The translations under genes and the position numbers were made by a program. A DNA stretch of 13,292 nucleotides from a virus: the UHGV virus genome UHGV-0196552; one strand, given 5' to 3'. The notes under the pieces were generated by a model, which did no database searches, was not told where the DNA came from, and worked only from the letters and a program-made list of their open reading frames with translations. This document shows, piece by piece, positions 1-7,062 of the stretch (positions within the stretch are counted from its first letter, which is position 1; each line of letters begins with the position of its first letter).

Positions 1-118
1 ATTCAGTATCTGATACAGCAATATGGGATTTTAGATAGTAAGTAAGGGTTTGGTACTTTCACTTTAGAAAGGTACTAACAGTACTTCAGGATGAAGTACT
101 TAGTTTCAAGGATGAAAT

Positions 119-619
119 ATGAAAAAGGAAAAAAGAAATGACCTAAAGGGTCAGGAATTACCACATGTAAAACAAGCACTACGAGTATGGAATAATTTTC
201 ACTCAAGAGTACGTAATAACATCAATTACAGTACTGTTACCATCTGCGATGACTGGTATCGGTTTAGTGATTTTTATTATTGGTATGTCGAAAATATTGT
301 TGATGGTTGGCATTTAGATAAAGATATATTAGGAGGTAATGAGTACGGCCCAAGTAACTGCATCTTTGTACCGAGAGAAGTAAATCAATTGTTCCGTAAA
401 GTACCAACATCATTATCAACCGGTGTTGTCGTTAATCATAAGGGCTATCAAGCACAAGCAACATTTGATAAGAAAGGACATAAGTTTGGGACATACCCAA
501 CGATAGAAGAAGCTCATGCTGCTTATGTTGTTGGGCGTAAATCATATATCTATAAAATATCGCAGCAGTATAAATCATTTCCAAAACTTAGTGCGATACT
601 ATTACAAAAATCAAAATAA
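119..619 (+). CDS. HNH/AP2-type homing-endonuclease-like protein (degenerate HNH_3-like segment plus AP2-like DNA-binding segment)
   Basis: ATG at 119 with AAGGA 6 nt upstream. Segment WHLDKDILGGNEYGPSNCIFVPREVN resembles the HNH_3 pattern (H-x-D...N...N); GVVVNHKGYQAQATFDKKGHKFGTYPTIEEAHAAY resembles the AP2 pattern (GV..k.gkW.Aqi....k...LG.F.t.eEAa.AY). The usual His-His pair is reduced to WH, so activity is uncertain. Confidence 0.5.
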   Translation: MKKEKRNDLKGQELPHVKQALRVWNNFHSRVRNNINYSTVTICDDWYRFSDFYYWYVENIVDGWHLDKDILGGNEYGPSNCIFVPREVNQLFRKVPTSLSTGVVVNHKGYQAQATFDKKGHKFGTYPTIEEAHAAYVVGRKSYIYKISQQYKSFPKLSAILLQKSK

Positions 620-684
620 CGAAATGGCCTGAGTACTGGAAATACTACAGGCCAATATTAACATCTATCATAGGGGTATTTATT

Positions 685-1209
685 ATGACAAAAAAGAAAG
701 AGCCGCATGAAATAAAGAAACGTGGACGAAAACCAAAAAAACACGATAATGCAGAATTACAAGATCATCTAAGGGGAGTACGCCATCTCAATCAACTTAC
801 AGATGAAGCACGTAGAGTAATATCAAACTCTGTTAAAAGTTACTTTGAAAAGAACAAGAAACGTAAGACTTTCTCAAACAAGAATATGCTACTTCTGGTT
901 ACATCGACTCGATACATCACAGATGAAGCGATAAAGAACAATATCGAGTACTTTGCTGCCTTTACACTCAATGAGTACGGCGATTCCTCAGTACGAGATT
1001 ATAAGATGGTCACGATTGCTATATGTGAAGGCCTGAATGCGATTCTAAGTAGTGGTAAGCCGGTAAGAAGTGATACACCAGAGGGAGCACAGTACTTAAC
1101 TGGTGAAGAAGCATATCAACTACGTATGGCTTTAGATGGTGGCTGTACTAAGGCAGATCTACTAAAGGTTATAGCTACAATTTATCCCGAATTAAGACAT
1201 TCTAAGTAG
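685..1209 (+). CDS. hypothetical protein with strongly basic N-terminus (KKRGRKPKK, AT-hook-like); possible DNA-binding protein
   Basis: 174-aa ORF with ATG start, same strand and 65 nt downstream of the previous gene. No family recognised by eye. Confidence 0.45.
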   Translation: MTKKKEPHEIKKRGRKPKKHDNAELQDHLRGVRHLNQLTDEARRVISNSVKSYFEKNKKRKTFSNKNMLLLVTSTRYITDEAIKNNIEYFAAFTLNEYGDSSVRDYKMVTIAICEGLNAILSSGKPVRSDTPEGAQYLTGEEAYQLRMALDGGCTKADLLKVIATIYPELRHSK

Positions 1210-1758
1210 TGTTTTAATAACGGTTCAAATGTCGTAATTAAGGTTAAATTGGGTTTTTATGGGGTTGATTAGTGTTGCTTGCACTAGATATAGTATCTAA
1301 AATGAGTTAAAACACACTATATATGGGGTGTCCCGAATTTCGACACCATAATTAGAAATTATTAAGACCTCTTGTACTACGTCCAAATCGGTCTTTGAGT
1401 GCCTACACTCCCTGCGGTCGTATAGTCACTGAAAAACAAATTAAACCGATCCTTGCGTTTTTTCTCGCTAGTACTCGAAAAGAACTAAGGGATTTACTCG
1501 CTTTCGCTCAGACAAGTAACAGTACTGACTAAACTATTGGGGGTCGGCATATGGCCTAAAGTTCGCTTCGCTCTTTTTGAAGTATCTACGCGGGCTAAGC
1601 CCTTGTTGGGGTTATCGGGCTGTTTAAGCCCTTACTGAAGTCATCAAATCCTCTAACGACACGAAGCAGTACTATCAAGTTACATACATTAAAGTATGGA
1701 ATGTCAATGAGTTGAGTTGTCCTCTAAGTCGAGAGAAGGGCACATGTACATAGAAATA
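1210..1758. other. structured non-coding region between convergent genes; candidate sRNA or regulatory locus
   Basis: No ORF of 60 aa or more on either strand in the track. GC visibly higher than flanks. Hairpin GGTGTC-N9-GACACC at about 1327-1347. Direct repeats CGCTTTCGCTC (about 1499) and CGCTTCGCTC (about 1565). Two near-identical hairpins CGGGCT-A-AGCCCTT (about 1591) and CGGGCT-GTTTA-AGCCCTT (about 1616). Confidence 0.3.
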
Positions 1759-2472
1759 TCATACTTCGAATAACTCTCGGAATTTGTAATTGTGAATTTT
1801 CCCATGAATAGATATTCCGTTCTGATACGAAGATAAGGCCTCAGCATAATATTCATTGAAATGATTCCCAAAAAGCACAAAAAATCTCTTGTCATCAATA
1901 AATTCTGATAAGGCGTTTCGCAAATTGAATGTGGCATTAGATAGCGACATAATAGTGTTTTGATGAGCATCCAATAACTGCATTAGTTCATTTTCTTTTA
2001 AAATCTTAACATCCCATCGTTTTAATGAATGAAATCTCAACTTAACATCTTCTAGCTTTAATTTGTTATTTTCTATTGAGATCCTTAACTCATCAAGTGA
2101 TATTATCACTTTTGCTTTATCAGCTTGGTTTTCGAAAAAGTTAGAGCGATAGTAAATGTCAGCCTCCGCTAATACATTGATAAATGAGTCATGTACTGGA
2201 GAAACTGAATCCATCTCATTGAGTAATGATTCAGCCTTTTCTAATCCGAGTGTTCGCGTTTTTTCTGATAGCCAATCTTTAGCATTAATTGCTGCATATA
2301 ATGCAGCACCTGCCATTACTATATTACACAAAACAGAAATCCAATCACTTACGCTTCCCCATTCAAAGCCATTAGAATCAGAAAATAGTACTTTAATTAA
2401 AGCTAATATCGCTACCCATAGAAGTACTATGACGGTAGCAACTAATAATTTGTTCCATCCTTCAACTTTCAC
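1759..2472 (-). CDS. two-TM membrane protein with helical cytoplasmic domain; candidate superinfection-exclusion or abortive-infection effector
   Basis: 237-aa ORF. The start codon at 2470-2472 is GTG on the minus strand (the track shows it as M). Two hydrophobic segments near the N-terminus (LLVATVIVLLWVAILALIKVLF and ISVLCNIVMAGAALYAAI) followed by about 170 aa that look helical. Very AT-rich. Confidence 0.55.
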   Translation of the reverse strand: MKVEGWNKLLVATVIVLLWVAILALIKVLFSDSNGFEWGSVSDWISVLCNIVMAGAALYAAINAKDWLSEKTRTLGLEKAESLLNEMDSVSPVHDSFINVLAEADIYYRSNFFENQADKAKVIISLDELRISIENNKLKLEDVKLRFHSLKRWDVKILKENELMQLLDAHQNTIMSLSNATFNLRNALSEFIDDKRFFVLFGNHFNEYYAEALSSYQNGISIHGKIHNYKFRELFEV

Positions 2473-2704
2473 TTTCTTAACCCGTAGAATGGTTCATGGA
2501 TGAAAAATTTTACCATTTGCAGTTATGTTTCGTAAATGATCATCGTAGAGTGAAAATTTAACTTAAGTGGATGTTGAGACGTCATTAGATGGCGTTGTAC
2601 TGGTTGAGATCACGATTTCTATGAAAAAAACGGGGCTGGTTGCTTTGAACTGGTTAACATAGTGGGATTATAAGCACCGAAGAAGTACTTCAGCAGGAGT
2701 AGAT

Positions 2705-3433
2705 ATGAACAGAAAGCAATTCATCCAGTCACACGGAGCTACTTGCAGTAACTGGACGTGGAGTTGGTCATTTGTTAACCATGAAAAGAAGATGGTCATC
2801 TTTGGGTCATGGGATGTTGAGAGTGAACAAGAGCGGTCTGTAATACTCCGGGAGAAATGGGAATACAACTCAAACAACAAAAAACAACCGGGATACACCC
2901 AGGCACTGGAACACATCCGTTTAGCCCATGAAGGCTACGAACTTTACACCTTCAATATGGTTTTCGCAGAACACCCTGAGAATCCTGAAATTGCAGTAAT
3001 CAAGGATTTTGAGCGTAAATTAAACAAGCGATATCTTCGTAAAGAAGGTGTTGTTTGGTATGCAGACTTCTTACCTAATCCATTCCCTGATGAAATTCCT
3101 TCAGGAGAGAGTTTTGTTGAAGGTGCAAAGACTCAAGTAACAGTGAACTACTACGAACGCGATCCAAAGGCCAGACAAGCCTGCATCCAGCATCACGGTA
3201 CTGCCTGTAAATGCTGTGGCTTCGATTTTGAGAAGGTCTATGGTACACATGGCCGTGGGTTCATTCATGTACATCACATCAAGCCGCTTCATACGATTGG
3301 GGAAAACTATGTGGTCAATCCCGTAACAGATATGATCCCATTATGTCCAAACTGCCATGCAATGGTACATCACGGAAGCGAAGTACTTCCAATTGCAGAT
3401 TTGAAAAAGAAAATGACATTCTGGAGCGAGTAA
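2705..3433 (+). CDS. McrA-like HNH nuclease: about 170-aa N-terminal domain of unknown function plus C-terminal HNH (beta-beta-alpha-Me) motif
   Basis: Strong RBS AGGAG 5 nt before ATG 2705. C-terminus contains CKCCGF...GFIHVHHIKPL...LCPNCHAMVHH, the classic Cys-pair, HH, Cys-x2-Cys-His HNH signature as in McrA-type enzymes. N-terminal domain is Trp-rich (WTWSWSF, GSWD). Confidence 0.75.
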   Translation: MNRKQFIQSHGATCSNWTWSWSFVNHEKKMVIFGSWDVESEQERSVILREKWEYNSNNKKQPGYTQALEHIRLAHEGYELYTFNMVFAEHPENPEIAVIKDFERKLNKRYLRKEGVVWYADFLPNPFPDEIPSGESFVEGAKTQVTVNYYERDPKARQACIQHHGTACKCCGFDFEKVYGTHGRGFIHVHHIKPLHTIGENYVVNPVTDMIPLCPNCHAMVHHGSEVLPIADLKKKMTFWSE

Positions 3434-4225
3434 ATGGATTTATCACAATTGAGCAACGTCGAATTGATGCAACTGAATCAGTTGACGCTTGATGAGTTAG
3501 AACGACGAGAGGTTATCAGAACCAGAAACAATCCTATCAGTGAGTACACTGAATGGCTGGTTGCGGATAAGATGCAAATGGTACTGGCTGCACCTAGTAC
3601 TAAAGGGTATGACGCTACAACAACTGACGATCGAAAAATTCAGATTAAGTCTCGTAAGAATAATTTAAAAAACCAATCATTAATTCTTGGGATTATCAGA
3701 AATTATGATCTGAACCAATTCGATGAACTCATTGCCGTAATATATAACCATGATTTCTCAATTCGTTATGCCATATCCATACCACATGAATTAGTGAAGG
3801 AATATGGTTTTTATAATGAGCATCAAAATGGTTACACTTTAAGAATAAGCAATTTATTACTTAACGATCCACGTGTAACAGATATCATTGAATTTATTGA
3901 CCCAGACACTGAACGTTCAAAGGAAGAGATCACGGTGAAGCCAGATTCAAACACTATCCGGGATGTACAGACAATAGGAATGCAGACATTTGTTGAGTAC
4001 TATCAGTATGTTGAAAGTGGTATGAACACAACTGATCTTGTTGAAAAGATGGTAACTGACCATCCAGAATGGAAGGAAAGTACTGCAAGAACTAAGGCAT
4101 CTTCAATGCGAAGAGTATTCAAGAATGGCGACAACATTGAAGTACTAAAAATCATCTATAAGTCGAATCACCCAGCAATAACGCATGAGATTAAGAGTAA
4201 ACTGATGACGCGTTGGGATAAATGA
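3434..4225 (+). CDS. hypothetical protein translationally coupled to the HNH nuclease; N-terminal region has a possible Mrr-like PD-(D/E)xK signature
   Basis: ATG 3434 directly follows the TAA of the upstream gene (3431-3433), with GGAG 8 nt upstream. SEYTEW...KGYD...DDRKIQIKS fits E...D...(Q/E)xK spacing of restriction-endonuclease-fold proteins such as Mrr. This is a weak, motif-only assignment. Confidence 0.5.
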   Translation: MDLSQLSNVELMQLNQLTLDELERREVIRTRNNPISEYTEWLVADKMQMVLAAPSTKGYDATTTDDRKIQIKSRKNNLKNQSLILGIIRNYDLNQFDELIAVIYNHDFSIRYAISIPHELVKEYGFYNEHQNGYTLRISNLLLNDPRVTDIIEFIDPDTERSKEEITVKPDSNTIRDVQTIGMQTFVEYYQYVESGMNTTDLVEKMVTDHPEWKESTARTKASSMRRVFKNGDNIEVLKIIYKSNHPAITHEIKSKLMTRWDK

Positions 4226-4271
4226 ACAAAGTTTGGGTTATATTTTTGACGCAAAAAGATATAATTGTAGT

Positions 4272-4321
4272 ACTTCCACCTTTCGCATTTGGGTAGGTTT
4301 GTTTGGGCGATTGGTGGAAGT
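4272..4321. terminator. 9-bp inverted repeat (ACTTCCACC ... GGTGGAAGT) between convergent genes; possible bidirectional terminator or regulatory structure
   Basis: Arms at 4272-4280 and 4313-4321 are perfect reverse complements. The loop is about 32 nt, which is long for a classical intrinsic terminator. Confidence 0.25.
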
Positions 4322-4325
4322 GCTA

Positions 4326-4637
4326 TCAAAACGGTAATTCTCCCTGCTCATAGAACCATCCATCTTCATCATGCTGCTTATAGACGGCATTCTCAGTACT
4401 CAGATATTGCAAACCTTCCAGTACTGAACTTAGCGGCGTTTCCAGTATGAACACGAAGCAATCACGCTCAATCGTGCCTAACCAGTATGTACCTTGCTGG
4501 TTCTGGAAGAAAACGCGATCCCCATATGAAAACTCATCAAGACTGTATCCCCAATAGCAGACCTTAGCCCATTGGCCTAAATGCTCAAACTGCTGCACCC
4601 CGCGTTTGATTGCCAGATCAAAACCGTTCTTGCCCAT
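4326..4637 (-). CDS. hypothetical small protein (103 aa), Trp/Tyr-rich
   Basis: ATG start with GAGG-type RBS about 9 nt upstream on the minus strand. GC higher than neighbouring AT-rich genes. No family recognised. Confidence 0.5.
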   Translation of the reverse strand: MGKNGFDLAIKRGVQQFEHLGQWAKVCYWGYSLDEFSYGDRVFFQNQQGTYWLGTIERDCFVFILETPLSSVLEGLQYLSTENAVYKQHDEDGWFYEQGELPF

Positions 4638-4743
4638 ACTATGCCTCTACATTAATACTGGTTATCCATACAGTATTGCATCACATTTCGCACAGATCCA
4701 GCCATCAAAATACTTACCACTAAAAACGGTAGAAATGTAATTA

Positions 4744-4813
4744 TCGATCATTTTAATTTGATCAATGGTTAAAAATGATCAATTATCAATCAGTTATGAC
4801 AACTGAGAGATCA
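4744..4813. promoter_or_regulatory. divergent promoter region with clustered GATC sites and TTGATCAA-type palindromes; operator-like
   Basis: Four GATC within about 70 bp (about 4745, 4760, 4777, 4809). Palindrome TTGATCAA at 4758-4765 and related ATGATCAAT at 4775-4783, spaced about 17 bp centre to centre. A DnaA-box-like TTATCCATA lies at 4662-4670. Confidence 0.3.
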
Positions 4814-4815
4814 AC

Positions 4816-5325
4816 ATGAAACTCGAACATTGGGCAATTCCGATCACTTCATTGGACGGTATGTTACTCGGCGTAGAGCTGGAAACCCGTGTACTGATAA
4901 ACGGTTGCCAGGTACTGATGGGGGCAGGAAAAGAAAGTGAATATATCCGTCACGTGGTCTATCAGAACCAGTTAAGAATGATTCAGGGTAAAGCCGCATG
5001 GTTCAAAGAAAAGGGGCTGTTGTGCGTGCTCAGTACTGGCACAGGTACACGCTATGAAGATCTACCATTCATACGGTACATGGCTGCTGAACCACTGCTA
5101 ACGGACGGTTACGACTTAGTTCGACTAAATAGACGGTTCACTGAAGAACACATAGAGCGGCTGATCTTCCCGGTACTCATCAATAACATCATGCAGTACT
5201 GCGACAAGGTGATCGTACAAGTCAGCAGCAATCGAAATCACAGGATTTTACGAGAGTCGGGGGTATGGGCAGTACAGGGAGAGTACAGGCCAATCCGCTT
5301 TGAACAATGCGAACAACTTCTATAG
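4816..5325 (+). CDS. compact, degenerate EAL-like domain protein (probably catalytically inactive c-di-GMP phosphodiesterase homologue)
   Basis: Four EAL-like motifs in the right order: PITSLDGMLLGVELETR (compare YQPIVDL.TG.IVGAEALLRW), LSTGTGTRY (compare DDFGTGYSS, with DD lost), DLVRLNRRF (compare LKIDRSF), VQVSSN...VQGEYRP (compare EGVE...QGY.FSRP, with EGVE lost). Only 169 aa, shorter than a canonical EAL domain. Confidence 0.45.
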   Translation: MKLEHWAIPITSLDGMLLGVELETRVLINGCQVLMGAGKESEYIRHVVYQNQLRMIQGKAAWFKEKGLLCVLSTGTGTRYEDLPFIRYMAAEPLLTDGYDLVRLNRRFTEEHIERLIFPVLINNIMQYCDKVIVQVSSNRNHRILRESGVWAVQGEYRPIRFEQCEQLL

Positions 5326-5335
5326 GGATATAACA

Positions 5336-5608
5336 ATGAAAATACTAATCGTCATGTTGGTAGTACTGCTCACAGGCTGCGGCAGCGTACATCACTCATT
5401 CATGGATAAAGCCTTTGTCGGCAACGTTGATAACAAGGCTACAATAGTACTGTTCGACGCTGGCACACGAAACGGGGTGAAGTACTACCGGCCTCAGTTC
5501 CAGAGTGATTGTGGCCGCACCTACAATCCGATTTACCAGGTGGACAATGGCAGTACTACATGCCATATACGAGAGGAAAGAATTAAAAAAATGCATCAAT
5601 ATAGATAA
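5336..5608 (+). CDS. small lipoprotein (signal peptide with lipobox LTGC); candidate moron or superinfection-exclusion lipoprotein
   Basis: The track ORF 5300-5608 begins with a TTG shown as M. The internal ATG at 5336 has an AGGGA RBS about 7 nt upstream and begins MKILIVMLVVLLTGC, a textbook lipoprotein signal. Mature part has several Cys. Confidence 0.6.
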   Translation: MKILIVMLVVLLTGCGSVHHSFMDKAFVGNVDNKATIVLFDAGTRNGVKYYRPQFQSDCGRTYNPIYQVDNGSTTCHIREERIKKMHQYR

Positions 5609-5688
5609 TAAACAAAAATCAAAGAGATAGAATTATTAAATTATTAAGTGTATGTGGCATGATGAAAAATTAAATAATATATAATACC

Positions 5689-5718
5689 CTCATGCTGTTA
5701 TTGATAAAACAGCATGAG
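5689..5718. terminator. 11-bp perfect inverted repeat hairpin between convergent genes; probable bidirectional terminator
   Basis: CTCATGCTGTT (5689-5699) and AACAGCATGAG (5708-5718) are exact reverse complements with an 8-nt loop. Lies between the lipoprotein gene (ends 5608, +) and the DUF3800 gene (ends 5729, -). Flanks are AT-rich but there is no clean T-run. Confidence 0.4.
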
Positions 5719-5728
5719 AATATATATC

Positions 5729-6883
5729 TCAACGTAGCATGGCTAATGTTCTGGAAATTCTTATTATATCCTTCTCAATATCATCTAAAACAGGAGTTGA
5801 GTTTCTGCTTCGCTCTGCAATTTCTTGCAAAATATATCTATTTAAATGGTTGTTAACATTTTTAGGGTCAAGGTTTTCTGGTGTGGGAACAACACAGCAC
5901 TGCCAATAAAAAATCTCATCTTCAAAATGATTTAGCCATTTAGAATGATATTTTTCTTTCGATTTTTTCTTGTTAAGTACATAAATGCTAGCCGCAGCTA
6001 CCACATCCGCAATTTGTATACCATGCGTGACTTTAGAATCAGAAAGAATCATTGGCTCAGATAGCTTAAATGTGATCGGGATTTTTTTATCATGAAAAGT
6101 CTCGAACACAATCTCATCATTGCCTATCATCTCATTGAATGAGTCCTGATGAGTAATTAATGGTTTTGAGCTGTCGCATATAGCTCTCAATGTACCAAAC
6201 TTACTACTCATATCGCACAGGAGATTATAAAGAGAAGTCGTTGTCAAATCTAATAACCACTTATCAATCCCAGTACCCTCAAGGCCTTCATATTCTTCTT
6301 CAATTATAGAGATGTTATTCTTGGCGAAATCATGAATGTCCATCATAATTTCAGAATTTTTAGAACCAACAACTGGTTCGATAAAACTATTAACCAATAT
6401 TTTACCTCGTGAAAAATCTTCAAATCGCGAATGTAATAGTTCTGAATATTCATCCTTAGCTATTAAAGAAAAATACATTATATTTGAGATGAATAGGTGA
6501 AATTTAAGGTTGTAAAAAATTGAGCTTTTAGCTGCTAATACTGGCTCAAAAATATATTCGAAGAATTTTCCTGAGAGGGCATATTTTTTTTCGTTTACAA
6601 CCACACGCATACGACCACGGAAATGATTAAGTATTTCATCTACGGCTGGTTGAAATCTCTTGCTATTTACGAGAGTGCTACCTTTTAGCTCTTCGGCTGC
6701 GATCGAGTACTTGTTTATTATATAATCAACAAACTGTTTACTTTCCTCATCATCAGTCACGACTGCTGCGTAACTAAAAAAAGGCTGATCTTTTGAAAGT
6801 AAGTTATTACCAGTGAATCCTGATTCATCGAAATATACATTCTTTACCAATTTGGTCATTCCTTTATGAGCTACAATGTGCAT
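5729..6883 (-). CDS. DUF3800-family protein
   Basis: N-terminal VYFDESGFTG and C-terminal HGIQIADVVAAA match the DES and Q-x-x-D motifs I recall for DUF3800. 384 aa, very AT-rich. The start could be the ATG at 6883 or an internal ATG 8 codons downstream; neither has a clean RBS. Confidence 0.65.
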   Translation of the reverse strand: MHIVAHKGMTKLVKNVYFDESGFTGNNLLSKDQPFFSYAAVVTDDEESKQFVDYIINKYSIAAEELKGSTLVNSKRFQPAVDEILNHFRGRMRVVVNEKKYALSGKFFEYIFEPVLAAKSSIFYNLKFHLFISNIMYFSLIAKDEYSELLHSRFEDFSRGKILVNSFIEPVVGSKNSEIMMDIHDFAKNNISIIEEEYEGLEGTGIDKWLLDLTTTSLYNLLCDMSSKFGTLRAICDSSKPLITHQDSFNEMIGNDEIVFETFHDKKIPITFKLSEPMILSDSKVTHGIQIADVVAAASIYVLNKKKSKEKYHSKWLNHFEDEIFYWQCCVVPTPENLDPKNVNNHLNRYILQEIAERSRNSTPVLDDIEKDIIRISRTLAMLR

Positions 6884-6978
6884 GTGCTATTAATATAACA
6901 TTGTAATAATGCTAATGTAAAATAGAATGTAAGTATTTTTAAGCAAGCTAATTAAGTTAAATTACTAATTAAGGTACT

Positions 6979-7060
6979 CCGGCAGCCCAGCTTAGAACGC
7001 GAGTTTTCGGCACCGGATTCTTTAAGTTATGTGTGAAGTTTAGATAGCTTCCCGCACCGC
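6979..7060. other. GC-rich island in an otherwise AT-rich intergenic region; possible cos-like packaging site
   Basis: CGCGAGTTTTCGG (6998-7010) followed by CCGGATTCTTTAAG resembles, from memory, lambda left-end sequence CGCGGGTTTTCGC ... CCGGTTTAAGG. Three related GC-rich repeats: CCGGCAGCCC (6979), CGGCACCGG (7008), CCGCACCGC (7052). Confidence 0.2.
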
Positions 7061-7062
7061 AC

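Noticed and set aside
1210-1758. tRNA or tmRNA in the non-coding region
   Set aside because: No convincing T-arm (GGTTCGAATCC-like) with matching acceptor stem or D-arm found by eye; GGTTCAAATG near 1222 lacks complementary flanks.
1210-1758. Retron msr/msd or type III toxin-antitoxin RNA repeats
   Set aside because: No reverse transcriptase or ToxN-like gene adjacent; the repeats are only 2 copies each and short, unlike ToxI-type arrays.
1704-1970. 88-aa minus-strand ORF
   Set aside because: Overlaps the 3' end of the longer 2-TM ORF in another frame; the longer ORF has coherent membrane-protein features.
2156-2503. 115-aa plus-strand ORF
   Set aside because: Antisense within the 2-TM gene; Ser-rich low-complexity translation.
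2668-2916. 82-aa minus-strand ORF
   Set aside because: Antisense across the start of the HNH nuclease gene, which has a strong RBS and a clear motif.
3101-3292. 63-aa minus-strand ORF
   Set aside because: Antisense within the HNH nuclease gene.
2705-3433. HNH protein as the terminase-associated HNH of HK97-like cos phages
   Set aside because: It lies over 4 kb from terS with several intervening genes, is about twice the size of those small HNH factors, and lambda-type Nu1/GpA terminases do not need one.
5300-5335. TTG start at 5300 for the lipoprotein ORF
   Set aside because: The ATG at 5336 has a better-placed RBS and gives a canonical lipoprotein signal peptide; the upstream 12 codons overlap the preceding gene's 3' end.
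5396-5599. 67-aa minus-strand ORF
   Set aside because: Antisense within the lipoprotein gene, which has a clear signal peptide and RBS.
5336-5608. Lipoprotein as an Rz1-type outer-membrane spanin
   Set aside because: Not embedded in or adjacent to an Rz-like gene, no holin or endolysin nearby in the window, and not proline-rich.
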